Of a stretch of 62,714 nucleotides of DNA, positions 39,800 through 51,923 are shown in pieces (position 1 is the first letter of the stretch; each line of letters begins with the position of its first letter). A program made the translations under genes and the position numbers. Under the pieces are notes generated by a model. The model was not told where the DNA came from, searched no databases, and saw only the letters and a list, made by a program, of their open reading frames with translations. The stretch lies in assembly GCA_944387485.1 (NCBI GenBank), contig CALXFC010000002.1, positions 1 to 62,714 of the forward strand, written 5' to 3'. The stretch is from an uncultured Clostridia bacterium. Lineage in GTDB: Bacteria; Bacillota; Clostridia; TANB77; CAG-508.

Positions 39800-39828
39800 T
39801 TGCTTTTTGCGTGCCTTTTTGGTAAAAT
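39800..39828 (+). promoter_or_regulatory. SigmaA-type promoter candidate
   Basis: TTGCTT, a 17-nt spacer, then TAAAAT. Confidence 0.45.
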
Positions 39829-39842
39829 AGGAAGGAGAATAA

Positions 39843-40826
39843 ATGGAAAAAAGTACATTTAGTTTACTTCCAATAAAAAATGATTATGTCTTTAAAAGAA
39901 TTTTTTCATATGAAGGAAATGAGGATGTATTAATTGACTTATTGGAAGCTATACTAAAAATAAAAATAAGAAAAATAGTTTTAAAAAATCCTGAAATGAT
40001 ATCTGAAAGAGAAAGTGGTAAAAAATTTATATTAGACATTAAAGCAGAATTAGATGATGGAACAATTGTAGATATCGAAATGCAAACTTCAGATGAAAAA
40101 AATATAGAAGAAAGAAGTACTACATATAGTGGAAGAATGATATCAGAACAATTACAAGCAGGAGACAAATATACAAAATTAAATAAAGTAATATTTATAG
40201 TAATACTAAATTTTGAATATTATAAAAGAAATAGCTACTATCATATAGCAAGACCAAGATTCGATGAAATAGAGGAAGAGTATTTTGTAGATATGGGATA
40301 TGTAAAGCAAGATGAAATAGCAACCAAATATATAGAAATGCATTATATAGAACTTCCAAAATATTTCAAGAAAAATCCTGCAATAAAAACAAAGTTAGAT
40401 GAGTGGCTATGGTTATTTTCGGGAGATGAGGAGAAAATGGAAATGGTAAAAAGAAAAAATAACAAAGTAAAAAAAGCTATGAATACATTAGAAAGAATAA
40501 GTTTAGATCCAAAGGAAAGACAAATGTATGAAGATATTAAAACTGAAGAATTTCTCCAAAGAGTAAGTGAAAATAATATAAGAAAAGAAAGTGAAAAAAT
40601 CGGATTTTCTAAAGGACATGATGCTGGACGTAAAGAAGGAGAAAAAATTGGTTTTTCTAAAGGACAAGACGTTGGACGTGCAGAAGGAGAAGATATTGGT
40701 AAAAGAAAAAAAGAAATAGAAATAGCTAAAAAAATGCTTGACAAAAATATTAAAATAGAAGAAATAATGGAAATTACAGAATTAACAAAAGAAGAAATCG
40801 AAAAAATAAAAAAACAAATTAATTAA
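39843..40826 (+). CDS. Rpn/YhgA-like PD-(D/E)XK recombination-promoting nuclease (transposase_31-like)
   Basis: The N-terminus reads LLPIKNDYVFKRIF...FILDIKAELDDGTIVDIEMQ. The C-terminal repeats EKIGFSKGHDAGRKEG and EKIGFSKGQDVGRAEG are followed by IAKKMLDKNIKIEEIMEITELTKEEI. Confidence 0.8.
   Translation: MEKSTFSLLPIKNDYVFKRIFSYEGNEDVLIDLLEAILKIKIRKIVLKNPEMISERESGKKFILDIKAELDDGTIVDIEMQTSDEKNIEERSTTYSGRMISEQLQAGDKYTKLNKVIFIVILNFEYYKRNSYYHIARPRFDEIEEEYFVDMGYVKQDEIATKYIEMHYIELPKYFKKNPAIKTKLDEWLWLFSGDEEKMEMVKRKNNKVKKAMNTLERISLDPKERQMYEDIKTEEFLQRVSENNIRKESEKIGFSKGHDAGRKEGEKIGFSKGQDVGRAEGEDIGKRKKEIEIAKKMLDKNIKIEEIMEITELTKEEIEKIKKQIN
40593..40688 (+). repeat. Tandem 48-bp direct repeat (two copies) inside the Rpn-like CDS
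   Basis: GAAAAAATCGGATTTTCTAAAGGACATGATGCTGGACGTAAAGAAGGA is followed by GAAAAAATTGGTTTTTCTAAAGGACAAGACGTTGGACGTGCAGAAGGA. Confidence 0.9.
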
Positions 40827-40839
40827 TAAAATGTTAATG

Positions 40840-40868
40840 CTCCAATATTAAATATTGGAGTATTAATT
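40840..40868 (+). terminator. Terminator hairpin
   Basis: CTCCAATATT pairs with AATATTGGAG, a perfect palindrome, followed by a T/A-rich tail. Confidence 0.6.
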
Positions 40869-40937
40869 ATAATATAAGATTATAATTGATATTTTGTTTA
40901 GTTTATAGTAGAATATAGAAGAATAAGGAGGAGAAAA

Positions 40938-41360
40938 ATGAGTATAAAAAAAGCAGGGACAATATTAATTAATTTAGAAAATAAGAAAGTAGGTTTAGTG
41001 TATAGAGATGAACAGGATGACTATTCATTTCCAAAAGGACATTTAGAGGAAGGAGAAACACTCCCTGAGTGTGCTGTAAGGGAAACAGAAGAAGAAACAT
41101 TAAGGAAGAATCATTTAGTAGATAATAAAGTAATTGCAATTGATAGATATAGTTCAGAAAAAGAAAAAGATGTAGAAACATATTATTATCTAGCAATAGA
41201 TGATGGAAAGACTTTTAAAAATATACCAGAAAAAGATAGAGAAGAACTTATATGGAAAAATGTAGATGAAGTAAATAGAATACTTACATATGATAATTTA
41301 AAAGAAATTTGGGCTAATATACAAGAAAAAGTAATAGAAATTATAGATAGAAAAGATTAG
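40938..41360 (+). CDS. NUDIX hydrolase
   Basis: Nudix box GHLEEGETLPECAVRETEEETL. Confidence 0.85.
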   Translation: MSIKKAGTILINLENKKVGLVYRDEQDDYSFPKGHLEEGETLPECAVRETEEETLRKNHLVDNKVIAIDRYSSEKEKDVETYYYLAIDDGKTFKNIPEKDREELIWKNVDEVNRILTYDNLKEIWANIQEKVIEIIDRKD

Positions 41361-41371
41361 AAGGTGTTTTT

Positions 41372-41875
41372 ATGGAATTAGTAGATAAATTTAATAAAAG
41401 AAGAGAATCATTAAATAAAGTAACAGATAGAGAAGAAAAAATACCTGGAGAATATGGACAATCAGTACACATCTGGATTATGAACAAAAATAAAGAATTT
41501 CTTATTCAAAAAAGAACTGCAAGTAGAAAAAGATTCCCAAATAAATGGTCATTAACAGCAGGAGCAGTAGATAGTGGTGAAACTTCCTTAGAAGGAGCAA
41601 TAAGAGAATGTAAAGAAGAATTAGGAATAGATATAGATAAAGAAAGTATGGAACTTATGCTTTCTCTTAAGAGAAATAACAGTTTTCTAGATGTATGGCT
41701 TGTAAAACAAAATGTTAATTTAAAAGATGTAGTATTACAAAAAGAAGAAGTGGCAGATGTGAAATGGGTAACTAAAGAAGAATTGGGAAAGATGATAGAA
41801 AGAGGAGAAGTTGTTGGAACTGTAAATATATATTTTAAAATATTTATATATTTATTAGAAAATTTTAGTTTATAG
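41372..41875 (+). CDS. NUDIX hydrolase
   Basis: Nudix box GAVDSGETSLEGAIRECKEELGI. Confidence 0.85.
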   Translation: MELVDKFNKRRESLNKVTDREEKIPGEYGQSVHIWIMNKNKEFLIQKRTASRKRFPNKWSLTAGAVDSGETSLEGAIRECKEELGIDIDKESMELMLSLKRNNSFLDVWLVKQNVNLKDVVLQKEEVADVKWVTKEELGKMIERGEVVGTVNIYFKIFIYLLENFSL

Positions 41876-41884
41876 GAGGAATAA

Positions 41885-42640
41885 ATGAAATTAATATCAT
41901 GGAATGTAAATGGAATAAGAGCTTGTTTAAATAAAGGATTTAATGATTTCTTTAAAGAGATTAATGCAGATATATTTTGTATTCAAGAAACAAAATGCCA
42001 AGAAGGCCAAGTAGAGTTAGAATATGAGGGATATGAAAGTTTTTGGAATAGTGCAGAGAAAAAGGGTTATTCTGGAACAGCAGTATTTACTAAAATAAAA
42101 CCTTTATCTGTAAAATATGGTATAGGGATAGAAGAACATGATAAAGAAGGAAGAGTAATTACTTTAGAATTTGAAAATTTTTATTTAGTTAATATATACA
42201 CACCAAATTCTAAAAGAGAGTTAGAAAGATTAGATTATAGACAAGTATGGGAAGATGAAATTAGGAAGTATTTATCTAATTTAAACAAAACAAAGCCTGT
42301 TATTATGTGTGGAGATTTAAATGTAGCACATAAGGAAATAGATTTGAAAAATCCTAAAACAAATACACATAATGCAGGATTTACAATAGAAGAAAGAAAT
42401 AAGATGACAGAATTATTAGATGCAGGTTTTGTAGATAGTTTTAGATATTTATATCCAGATAAAGAAAATGCATACAGTTGGTGGTCTTATATGAGAAAAG
42501 CAAGAGAAAAAAATGTGGGCTGGAGAATTGATTATTTTATAGTATCTGAAAGTATTAAAGATAAAATAAAAGAAGCAAGTATATATCAAGATGTAATGGG
42601 AAGTGATCATTGCCCAGTTGGATTAGAAATAGATTTCTAA
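41885..42640 (+). CDS. xth: Exodeoxyribonuclease III
   Basis: Motifs MKLISWNVNGIRA, CIQETK, GDLNVAH and SDHCPV. Confidence 0.9.
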   Translation: MKLISWNVNGIRACLNKGFNDFFKEINADIFCIQETKCQEGQVELEYEGYESFWNSAEKKGYSGTAVFTKIKPLSVKYGIGIEEHDKEGRVITLEFENFYLVNIYTPNSKRELERLDYRQVWEDEIRKYLSNLNKTKPVIMCGDLNVAHKEIDLKNPKTNTHNAGFTIEERNKMTELLDAGFVDSFRYLYPDKENAYSWWSYMRKAREKNVGWRIDYFIVSESIKDKIKEASIYQDVMGSDHCPVGLEIDF

Positions 42641-42663
42641 AATTATAAGAAATGAGGAGTATT

Positions 42664-43806
42664 ATGGAAAATAAAAAAGAAAAAATGAAAAAATGGGGAT
42701 TTTGGTTTTTACTTGGTTTAGCACTTATTATTATTTATAAATGCTTAGATAACTTTACAGCAGTAACAGGTGTAATTGGTAATTTCTTAAATATTCTAGC
42801 GCCATTTTTTGTAGGTATTTTTATTGCTTACTTACTATATATGCCGTGTAGAAAATTTGAGATTTTTTATAGAAAAAGCAAAATAAAATTTCTTAAAAGA
42901 AGAGCAAGAACTTTTAGTATTATTACAGTTTATTTAATAATTGTAGCAATTATAGTTATTTTAGTTAGTTTTATTATTCCTGTCGTTTGGGATAGTGTAG
43001 TAGATTTTGTAAGTAATATTCAGAGTTATTATGAAACTGCAATAGATAGATATAATAACTTACCTGATGATTCAATTTTAAAAAGTGCACAAGTAAATGA
43101 TTTTATAGAAAGTATTAAGCATATTGATATAAGAGAATATTTTAACTTTGATAGAGTAATGGAATACATATCAGGTGCAATAAGTGCAGTAACTGGAATT
43201 GTAGATGTTTTTGTTGCAGTGATTGTTTCTATATATGTTTTAGCAGAAAGAGGAAAGATTTTAACTTTTGTAAAAAGGTTTGCAGAAGCAATATTTAAAG
43301 AAAGAACCTATAAAAATATTGATAAATATTATAAACATTCAAACGAGATATTTTTTAAGTTTGTAGCAAGTCAATTTTTAGATGCTGTAGTTGTTGGAAT
43401 TTTAGTTACAATTGCGATGACAATTATGGGAGTTAGATATGCACCACTTCTTGGCTTCTTTATAGGATTATTTAATATGATTCCTTTTGTTGGAGCAATT
43501 ATTGCCGTAGCTATTTCAGCTATTATTACTTTAATTACAGGAGGGCTTTCACAAGCTATTTGGATGCTTATTGTAACTATTATTTTACAACAAATTGATG
43601 CAAATATTATTAATCCAAAGATTGTTGGAAAATCTTTAAAGATTAGCCCAATACTTGTACTTTTTGCAGTAACAATAGGAGGAGCTTATTTTGGAATCTT
43701 AGGAATGTTTTTAGCTGTTCCTGTTATTGCTATTATAAAGATACTTTTAGAAGATTTTGTTGATTATAGGTTAGCGGTTAAAAAGAAAGCAAATAGTGAA
43801 TTATAA
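42664..43806 (+). CDS. AI-2E (PerM/YhhT) family transporter
   Basis: A polytopic protein of about 380 aa whose organisation is typical of the AI-2E family. The second ATG was chosen because GAGGAG lies within the first codons of the track ORF. Confidence 0.65.
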   Translation: MENKKEKMKKWGFWFLLGLALIIIYKCLDNFTAVTGVIGNFLNILAPFFVGIFIAYLLYMPCRKFEIFYRKSKIKFLKRRARTFSIITVYLIIVAIIVILVSFIIPVVWDSVVDFVSNIQSYYETAIDRYNNLPDDSILKSAQVNDFIESIKHIDIREYFNFDRVMEYISGAISAVTGIVDVFVAVIVSIYVLAERGKILTFVKRFAEAIFKERTYKNIDKYYKHSNEIFFKFVASQFLDAVVVGILVTIAMTIMGVRYAPLLGFFIGLFNMIPFVGAIIAVAISAIITLITGGLSQAIWMLIVTIILQQIDANIINPKIVGKSLKISPILVLFAVTIGGAYFGILGMFLAVPVIAIIKILLEDFVDYRLAVKKKANSEL

Positions 43807-43829
43807 TAATTAAATGAACTAATTTTTAT

Positions 43830-43861
43830 AAGCAAGATAATAAAATTTATCTTGCTTTTTA
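43830..43861 (+). terminator. Rho-independent terminator
   Basis: AAGCAAGATAA pairs with TTATCTTGCTT, followed by TTT. Confidence 0.8.
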
Positions 43862-43952
43862 CATTTAAAAAATTAAAAAATTCAAAAACAATCACAATAC
43901 TAGAAGTTCTTGAAATATTTTTTAAAAACTTTAAAAAACCTACGGAAATGGC

Positions 43953-43981
43953 TTGACTTAAGATTTGGTTTGTGGTAAACT
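43953..43981 (+). promoter_or_regulatory. SigmaA-type promoter candidate for rpoBC
   Basis: TTGACT, a 17-nt spacer, then TAAACT. It lies about 345 nt upstream of rpoB. Confidence 0.45.
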
Positions 43982-44326
43982 AATGTATAGAATTTACCAA
44001 AAATGGATTTTTATACCCAAAATATTTAGATAGGGTGGTTAAAATAGAAAGAGAAAATATTAGTTAAAACCTAATAAAATAGCACAAAAGGAGTTGAAAA
44101 ATAGAGTTTTTTCGATTGCTTTTTTGTTGTCTTTTTTAAAGGCAACATAATAATCCATTTTTATTTTTATTCAGCTTTTAATTAAAAGAAGAGGAATCAA
44201 ATTCAAAGAGCCCTAAGAGTTTAGCTTGTGTGAGCAGACAAGTCTAAAACTTAGACAAGCAATTTGAATTCTGAGAAGGACTTCTTTTAAATATATATTT
44301 TTTTCTGCTTAAAATTATTTTATGAG

Positions 44327-47300
44327 GTGATTTTTTTGAAAATAAGAGAAATTAACCACGAGAAGTCTTCTCGTAAAGATTTCGCAAAAGTTGGTGATTT
44401 TATTGAAATGCCTAATCTTATCAAAGTCCAAAAAGATTCATATGATTATTTCATAAAAGAAGGGCTGGGAGAAGTATTAAAAGATATTTCACCAATTGAA
44501 GATTATTCTGGAAATTTAGTTCTTGAATTTTTCGATTACTACATGGAAGACAAAACAAAATATTCAGTAGAAGAAGCAAAAGAAAGAGATGCAACATATT
44601 CTGCAAGACTACACGTAAAAGTAAGATTAATTAATCGTGAAACAGGTGAAATCAAAGAACAAGAAATTTATCTAGGTGATTTCCCTCTTATGACAGATAG
44701 TGGAACATTTATTATAAACGGAGCAGAAAGAGTTGTAGTAAGTCAATTAGTACGTTCACCAGGATGTTATTATGGTGAAGAATTTGACACAAAAACTGGA
44801 AAGAGAACATATACATCTACAGTTATGCCTTTAAGAGGTGCATGGCTAGAATATGAAACAGATGGAAATGATATTTTCTGGGTACGTGTAGATAGAACAA
44901 GAAAAGTTCCAATAACTACTTTATTAAGGACAATAGGTTTAGCAACAGATAGCCAAATGCTTGATTTCTTTGGTGAAGAAGAAATGCTAAAAGCAACACT
45001 TAATAAAGATACAATAAAAGATCAAGATGAAGCCTTAATAGAAATTTATAAAAAATTAAGACCAGGAGAACTTCCAACAGTAGAAGCTGCAAGAAATTTA
45101 TTTAATGGATTATTTTTTGATAATAAGAGATATGATTTAGCAAAAGTTGGTAGATACAAATTTAATCAAAAATTATCTTTAGCATCAAGAATAAAAGGAA
45201 AAGTAGCAGCGACAGATATTGTAGATAGTGAAACTGGAGAAGTTTTTGTTGGGGCTGGAGAAATAATAGAAGATGAAGTTGCTAAAAATATTCAAAATGC
45301 AGGAATTAATACAGTTGATATTATGTACTTAGATAAACAAATAAGAATAATAGGAAATGGAACAGTAGATATCCACAAAGTATTACCAAATGTTGATTTA
45401 AGTAAATTAAATATTAAAGAAGCTGTTAATTATAATGTTTTACAAAATATTATTGAAAACACAGACGAGAAAGATTTAGTTAAGGTAATAGAAGAAAGAA
45501 TAGATGAATTAGTACCAAAACATATTACAACAGAAGATATGTTATCATCTGTAAATTTCTTATTTAACCTTTCTCATGGATTAGGAACAGCTGATGACAT
45601 AGACCATTTAGCAAACCGTAGAATTCGTTGCGTTGGTGAATTATTACAAAATCAATTTAGAATTGGTTTAACAAGACTAGAAAGAGTTGTTCGTGAAAGA
45701 ATGACAATACAAGATTTAGATGTAGTAACACCACAAACATTAATTAATACAAAACCTATTACATCAGCAATTAGAGAGTTCTTTGGAAGTTCACAATTGT
45801 CACAATTCATGGACCAAACAAACCCACTTTCAGAATTAACACATAAAAGAAGAATTTCAGCATTAGGACCTGGTGGATTAACAAGAGAAAGAGCTGGATT
45901 TGAGGTTCGTGACGTTCACTATACACACTATGGTAGACTTTGTCCAATTGAATCTCCAGAAGGACCAAACATTGGACTTATATCAGCACTTTCATGTTTT
46001 GCAAAAATTAATGAATATGGATTTATTGAAACACCATATAGAAAAGTAGATCCAAAAACTCATAAATTAACAGATGAAGTAGAATATATGAGTGCAGATA
46101 TAGAAGATAATTATATTATAGCTCAAGCATCTGAACCAGTAGATAAAAATGGACATTTTGTAAATAAAAGAGTAAGAGTAAGAAGAAGAAATGAAATAAT
46201 AGAAGTTGATAGTGATAAAGTACAATATGTAGATGTATCACCAAAACAATTAGTATCAGTTGCAGCAGCAATGATTCCATTCTTAGAGCATGATGATGCA
46301 AAAAGAGCTCTTATGGGTGCTAACATGCAACGTCAAGCAGTTCCACTTATGACAACAGAAAGTCCAATAGTTGGAACAGGAATTGAATATAGAGCAGCAA
46401 AAGATTCAGGAATCTTAGTATTAGCAGAAGATGATGGTGTAATTGAAAAAGTAACAGGAAGTAGTATTACTGTTAAATATAAAAATGGAAAAACTGTAGT
46501 TCATAAATTACGTAAGTTCAAAAGAACTAATGGCGGAACTTGTATTAACCAAAAACCAATAGTAAAAAAAGGTGAAAAGGTAAAAAAAGGTGATGCAATA
46601 GCAGATGGACCAGCAACATCTAATGGAGAGATGGCACTTGGTAAAAACGTATTAGTAGCATTCTCTACTTGGGAAGGTTATAACTACGAAGATGCTATTT
46701 TAATTAATGAAAAATTAGTAAAAGAAGATGTATTTACATCAATACATATTGAAGAATATGACTGTGAATGTCGTGACACAAAACTTGGTGCAGAGGAAAT
46801 CACACGTGATATTCCAAACATTGGTGATGATTCATTAAAAGACCTAGATGAAAATGGTATCATAAGAATTGGTGCAGAAGTAAGACCAGGAGATATATTA
46901 GTAGGAAAAGTTACTCCAAAAGGAGAAACAGAACTAACAGCAGAAGAAAGATTACTTCGTGCTATATTTGGTGAAAAAGCAAGAGAAGTAAGAGATACAT
47001 CTTTAAGAGTACCACATGGAGAACAAGGAACAGTTGTAGATGTTAAAATATTTACAAGGGATAATTCAGATGAATTAGGACCTGGTGTAAATCAAATAAT
47101 TAGATGTTATATAGCAACAAAAAGAAAAATATCAGTTGGAGATAAAATGGCTGGACGTCATGGTAACAAAGGTGTTATCTCAAGAGTATTACCTGAAGAA
47201 GATATGCCATTTATGCCAGATGGTACACCAATAGATATTTTACTAAACCCACTTGGTGTTCCTTCTCGTATGAACTTAGGTCAAGTTCTAGAAGTACATT

Positions 47301-48100
47301 TAGGTGGAGCTGCAAAAGCTTTAGGATGGAAAATTTCAACACCAGTATTTGATGGTGCAAATGAAGATGATGTAAGAGAATTACTAAAAAAAGCCGGAAT
47401 GAGTGAAGATGGAAAAACAATTCTTTATGATGGAAGAACTGGAGATCCATTTGATAAACCAATTACAGTTGGTGTTATGTACATGTTAAAACTACATCAC
47501 TTAGTAGATGATAAAATACATGCTCGTTCAACTGGACCATATTCTTTAGTAACACAACAACCACTTGGAGGAAAAGCACAATTTGGTGGACAACGTTTTG
47601 GAGAAATGGAAGTTTGGGCATTAGAGGCATATGGTGCAGCATACACATTACAAGAAATGTTAACTGTAAAATCAGATGACGTTGTAGGACGTGTAAATAC
47701 ATATGAAGCTATTGTTAAAGGTGAAAATATTCCAGAACCAGGAGTTCCAGAAAGCTTTAAGGTTCTAGTTAAAGAACTTCAATCATTAGGATTAGACGTA
47801 CGTTTATATTCTGAGGATAATAAAGAACTAGAATTAAAAGAAGATGTAGATGAAGGTGTAGAATACGACCCAAGTAAAGATGGAAAAATCCTATCAGAAG
47901 ACGAAGTTGTACAAGAAGGAGATTTAGACGGATATTCTGAAGAAACAAAGGAAAATGCAATTTCAGATGATGAAGACAATGCAATAGATGATGGAAAAGA
48001 TGAATTGTTTGAGGAGCTAGATGATGATGGCGAAGAAATGCTATTTGATAGCGATTTAGCAAATGACAATTTGGATAATGATGATGATATTATAGAGTAA
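44327..48100 (+). CDS. rpoB: DNA-directed RNA polymerase subunit beta
   Basis: Clear RpoB sequence throughout, for example [41 protein letters not shown]. The start is ambiguous: GTG 44327 has no RBS, whereas TTG 44336 follows GAGGTG. An acidic C-terminal tail of about 90 aa is present. Confidence 0.95.
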   Translation: MIFLKIREINHEKSSRKDFAKVGDFIEMPNLIKVQKDSYDYFIKEGLGEVLKDISPIEDYSGNLVLEFFDYYMEDKTKYSVEEAKERDATYSARLHVKVRLINRETGEIKEQEIYLGDFPLMTDSGTFIINGAERVVVSQLVRSPGCYYGEEFDTKTGKRTYTSTVMPLRGAWLEYETDGNDIFWVRVDRTRKVPITTLLRTIGLATDSQMLDFFGEEEMLKATLNKDTIKDQDEALIEIYKKLRPGELPTVEAARNLFNGLFFDNKRYDLAKVGRYKFNQKLSLASRIKGKVAATDIVDSETGEVFVGAGEIIEDEVAKNIQNAGINTVDIMYLDKQIRIIGNGTVDIHKVLPNVDLSKLNIKEAVNYNVLQNIIENTDEKDLVKVIEERIDELVPKHITTEDMLSSVNFLFNLSHGLGTADDIDHLANRRIRCVGELLQNQFRIGLTRLERVVRERMTIQDLDVVTPQTLINTKPITSAIREFFGSSQLSQFMDQTNPLSELTHKRRISALGPGGLTRERAGFEVRDVHYTHYGRLCPIESPEGPNIGLISALSCFAKINEYGFIETPYRKVDPKTHKLTDEVEYMSADIEDNYIIAQASEPVDKNGHFVNKRVRVRRRNEIIEVDSDKVQYVDVSPKQLVSVAAAMIPFLEHDDAKRALMGANMQRQAVPLMTTESPIVGTGIEYRAAKDSGILVLAEDDGVIEKVTGSSITVKYKNGKTVVHKLRKFKRTNGGTCINQKPIVKKGEKVKKGDAIADGPATSNGEMALGKNVLVAFSTWEGYNYEDAILINEKLVKEDVFTSIHIEEYDCECRDTKLGAEEITRDIPNIGDDSLKDLDENGIIRIGAEVRPGDILVGKVTPKGETELTAEERLLRAIFGEKAREVRDTSLRVPHGEQGTVVDVKIFTRDNSDELGPGVNQIIRCYIATKRKISVGDKMAGRHGNKGVISRVLPEEDMPFMPDGTPIDILLNPLGVPSRMNLGQVLEVHLGGAAKALGWKISTPVFDGANEDDVRELLKKAGMSEDGKTILYDGRTGDPFDKPITVGVMYMLKLHHLVDDKIHARSTGPYSLVTQQPLGGKAQFGGQRFGEMEVWALEAYGAAYTLQEMLTVKSDDVVGRVNTYEAIVKGENIPEPGVPESFKVLVKELQSLGLDVRLYSEDNKELELKEDVDEGVEYDPSKDGKILSEDEVVQEGDLDGYSEETKENAISDDEDNAIDDGKDELFEELDDDGEEMLFDSDLANDNLDNDDDIIE

Positions 48101-48254
48101 TATAAAAAATAAAATTAATTAAATAAATTCTAAAAAGGAGAGAAGCGACATTTTAGTTTGCAAGAGCGGGGGATAGTCTTCTTTACCTATTTTAGAATTA
48201 CCCGTAAAAAATATTAAAGTCTTTTAAAGACAAAGAAGGGGGAAAATAGAGATA

Positions 48255-51200
48255 GTGGACGAATTAAATACTTTTAATAAGTTAAAAATTGGAATAGCAT
48301 CAGATGAAAAAATAAGAGAATGGTCAAAAGGTGAAGTAAAAAAACCAGAGACTATTAACTACAGAACATTAAAACCAGAAAAAGATGGTCTATTTTGTGA
48401 GAGAATATTTGGACCAGTAAAAGACTGGGAATGTCATTGTGGTAAATATAAAAGAGTAAGATATAAAGGTATTGTTTGTGATAGATGTGGTGTAGAAGTT
48501 ACAAAATCAAAAGTTAGACGTGAAAGAATGGGACATATCGAACTTGCAGCGCCTGTTGCTCATATTTGGTATTTTAAAGGCATTCCAAGTAGAATAGCTT
48601 TAATGCTTGATATTTCACCAAGAAACTTGGAAAGAGTTATATATTTTGCTTCTTATGTAGTAATAGATAAAGGAACAACAAACTTAGAAAAATGCCAAGT
48701 GTTAAATGAAAAAGAATATCATGAGGCAGAAGAAAGATTTGGAAAAGGTTCTTTTAAAGCTAAAATGGGAGCAGAAGCAATAAGAGAATTATTAGAACAA
48801 GTTGATGTAGAAAAACTATCAGAAGAAATTAAAAAAGAGTTAGAAACAGCTAGTGAACAAAGAAAAAGTAAATTAGTAAAAAGACTAGATACTGTAGAAT
48901 CATTTAGAATTTCAGGAAATAAACCTGAATGGATGGTTATGAATGTTGTACCAGTAATTCCACCAGAATTAAGACCAATGGTTCAATTAGATGGTGGTAG
49001 ATTTGCAACATCAGATTTAAATGATTTATATAGAAGAGTTATAAATAGAAATAATCGTTTAAAAAGATTATTAGAATTAGGAGCACCTGAAATAATAGTA
49101 AGAAACGAAAAAAGAATGCTTCAAGAATCAGTAGATGCTCTAATTGATAATGGAAGACGTGGAAGACCAGTAACAGGAGCTGGAAATAGACCTTTAAAAT
49201 CATTATCAGATTTATTAAAAGGAAAACAAGGTCGTTTCCGTCAAAACTTACTTGGAAAACGTGTTGACTATTCTGGACGTTCTGTTATTGTTGTAGGACC
49301 AGAACTTAAGATTTATCAATGTGGACTTCCAAAAGAAATGGCAGTTGAATTGTTTAAGCCATTTGTAATGAAAGAGTTAGTAAAACGTGGAATAGCTCAA
49401 AATATAAAAAATGCTAAAAGAATGGTTGAAAGATTAAGACCAGAAGTATGGGGAATATTAGAGGAAGTTATTAAAGATCACCCTGTAATGTTAAACCGTG
49501 CACCTACTTTACATAGACTTGGTATACAAAGTTTTGAGCCAGTATTAGTAGAAGGTAGAGCAATAAAACTTCACCCATTAGTTTGTGAAGCATTTAATGC
49601 TGACTTTGATGGTGACCAGATGGCAGTTCACTTACCATTATCACCAGAAGCACAAGCAGAATCAAGATATTTAATGTTATCAACAAATAACTTATTAAAA
49701 CCACAAGATGGTAAACCAGTTGCAGTACCTAGACTAGATATGATTTTAGGATCTTATTATTTAACAATGTTAATAGATGGTGAAAAAGGTGAAGGAAAAT
49801 ACTTTAAAGACCCAGAAGAAGCTATTATGGCTTATGAAAATCATGAAGTTGGTATTCATGCTAAAATAAATGTTAGAATAACAAAAACAATTGATGGAGA
49901 AGAAAAATCAAAAAGAGTTGAAACAAGCGTTGGAAGAATTATCTTTAACCAAGGAATTCCTCAAGATTTAGGATTTATTGATAGAAAAGAAGATCCATTC
50001 CAATATGAGATAAGTTTCCCTGTTATGAAGAAATCAATGGGAACAATTATTGAAAAAGTAATTAGAACACATGGATTAACAGAATCAGCAGAAGTAATAG
50101 ATTATATTAAAGCTTTAGGATTTAAATATTCAACTTTAGCAGGTATTACATTCTCTATGGATGATGTTAAAGTACCTGAAGCCAAAGAAAGCTTGTTAAA
50201 AGAGGCAGATGAGCAAGTAGAGCATATAAGAAAACAATATGTTCGTGGTTTAATAACAGATGAAGAAAGATATAATGCTGTTATTAATATTTGGGAGGAA
50301 ACAACAAATAAAGTAAGTAATGCAATGGAGGAAAACTTTGATGAGTTGAATCCAATATATATGATGGTTAAATCTGGAGCCCGTGGTAATATGAACCAAT
50401 TACGTCAAATTGCAGGTATGCGTGGACTTATGGCAAGTACTACAGGTAAAGCAGTTGAAATACCAATTAAATCATCATTTGCAGAAGGATTAGATGCATT
50501 AGAGTACTTCATTTCTGCCCATGGAGCTCGTAAGGGACTTTCTGATACAGCTTTAAGAACAGCTGACTCTGGATATTTAACAAGAAGATTAGTTGATGTA
50601 TCACAAGATATTATTGTTAGAGAACATGATTGTGGTACTGATGAAGGAATCATGGTTTATGACATTAAAGATGGAAATCAAATAATTGAAAAAATGGAAG
50701 AAAGATTAATAGGTAGATATCCATTAGAAAATGTTTATAATCCAGAAACTAAGGAATTAATAGTAGATACAGATACTATGATTAGTGAGAAAATAGCAGA
50801 AGAAATAGTTGCAGCAGGAATTGATAAATTAAAAGTACGTTCTGTTCTAGGATGCCATTCTAAACGTGGTGTATGTCAAAAATGTTATGGAATGGGATTA
50901 GCAAGAAGAGACCTAGTATCAATTGGAGAATCTGTTGGTATTATAGCTGCTCAATCAATTGGTGAACCTGGTACACAGCTTACAATGAGAACTATTCACT
51001 CTGGTGGTGTTGCAGGTGTTGCAGATATTACTCAAGGTCTTCCTAGAGTTGAAGAGTTATTTGAAGCTAGAAAACCAAAAGGAGTTGCAATAATTTCTGA
51101 AATAGATGGTAAAGTTAAAATAAAAGAAACTAAGAAGAAAAAAGAAGTAATTGTTACTTCAAAAGATACTTCTAAATCTTATACAATTCCATTTGGTTCT

Positions 51201-51776
51201 AAAATGAAAGTTAAAGATGGTGATATGGTTAAAGCTGGAGATGCATTTATCGAAGGTTCAAAAAATCCATCAGATATATTAGAAATAAAAGGACCAGAGG
51301 GTGTATATGAATACTTAATTTCAGAAGTACAAAAAGTTTATAGAAATCAAGGTGTTGATATAAATGATAAACACATTGAGGTAATTGGACGTCAAATGCT
51401 TAAGAAAGTTAGAGTTGATGATAATGCAGATACAGATATGTTCCCAGGTGAATTAATTGACATGTATGAATTTGCAGATAAGAATAAAGAAGTAATTGCT
51501 CAAGGAAAACGTCCTGCTACAGGTAAGAGAGTATTGCTTGGTATTACAAAAGCTTCTCTTGCAACAGATAGTTTCTTATCAGCAGCTTCTTTCCAAGAGA
51601 CAACAAGAGTATTAACAGATGCCGCTGTAAAGGGTAAGGTAGATGATTTAGTAGGATTAAAAGAAAATGTTATCATTGGTAAATTAATTCCAGCCGGAAC
51701 TGGTATGAAAAAATATCAAAATATTCATATTAATACGGAAAAAGAATTAGAAGAAACTTCTGATGTACAAGTATAG
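48255..51776 (+). CDS. rpoC: DNA-directed RNA polymerase subunit beta'
   Basis: Motifs NADFDGDQM, the zinc-finger [20 protein letters not shown] and [16 protein letters not shown] start after AAGGGGG. Confidence 0.95.
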   Translation: MDELNTFNKLKIGIASDEKIREWSKGEVKKPETINYRTLKPEKDGLFCERIFGPVKDWECHCGKYKRVRYKGIVCDRCGVEVTKSKVRRERMGHIELAAPVAHIWYFKGIPSRIALMLDISPRNLERVIYFASYVVIDKGTTNLEKCQVLNEKEYHEAEERFGKGSFKAKMGAEAIRELLEQVDVEKLSEEIKKELETASEQRKSKLVKRLDTVESFRISGNKPEWMVMNVVPVIPPELRPMVQLDGGRFATSDLNDLYRRVINRNNRLKRLLELGAPEIIVRNEKRMLQESVDALIDNGRRGRPVTGAGNRPLKSLSDLLKGKQGRFRQNLLGKRVDYSGRSVIVVGPELKIYQCGLPKEMAVELFKPFVMKELVKRGIAQNIKNAKRMVERLRPEVWGILEEVIKDHPVMLNRAPTLHRLGIQSFEPVLVEGRAIKLHPLVCEAFNADFDGDQMAVHLPLSPEAQAESRYLMLSTNNLLKPQDGKPVAVPRLDMILGSYYLTMLIDGEKGEGKYFKDPEEAIMAYENHEVGIHAKINVRITKTIDGEEKSKRVETSVGRIIFNQGIPQDLGFIDRKEDPFQYEISFPVMKKSMGTIIEKVIRTHGLTESAEVIDYIKALGFKYSTLAGITFSMDDVKVPEAKESLLKEADEQVEHIRKQYVRGLITDEERYNAVINIWEETTNKVSNAMEENFDELNPIYMMVKSGARGNMNQLRQIAGMRGLMASTTGKAVEIPIKSSFAEGLDALEYFISAHGARKGLSDTALRTADSGYLTRRLVDVSQDIIVREHDCGTDEGIMVYDIKDGNQIIEKMEERLIGRYPLENVYNPETKELIVDTDTMISEKIAEEIVAAGIDKLKVRSVLGCHSKRGVCQKCYGMGLARRDLVSIGESVGIIAAQSIGEPGTQLTMRTIHSGGVAGVADITQGLPRVEELFEARKPKGVAIISEIDGKVKIKETKKKKEVIVTSKDTSKSYTIPFGSKMKVKDGDMVKAGDAFIEGSKNPSDILEIKGPEGVYEYLISEVQKVYRNQGVDINDKHIEVIGRQMLKKVRVDDNADTDMFPGELIDMYEFADKNKEVIAQGKRPATGKRVLLGITKASLATDSFLSAASFQETTRVLTDAAVKGKVDDLVGLKENVIIGKLIPAGTGMKKYQNIHINTEKELEETSDVQV

Positions 51777-51780
51777 TTTG

Positions 51781-51815
51781 AAAGATAGGCTTTAGTCTAT
51801 CTTTTTAACTTTTTA
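51781..51815 (+). terminator. Rho-independent terminator
   Basis: AAAGATAG pairs with CTATCTTT, followed by TTAACTTTTT. Confidence 0.7.
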
Positions 51816-51831
51816 AGGAGAAAACAAAATA

Positions 51832-51866
51832 AAATAATAGAAAAATATTACAAAATTTGATATAAT
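51832..51866 (+). promoter_or_regulatory. Extended -10 promoter candidate
   Basis: TGATATAAT at 51858-51866, with a weak -35 (TAGAAA). Confidence 0.35.
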
Positions 51867-51923
51867 ATAGTTCATAAAGAAAGTTAAAATCTCAAGTGGT
51901 TTTTATTATAGGAGGGATAAGCT

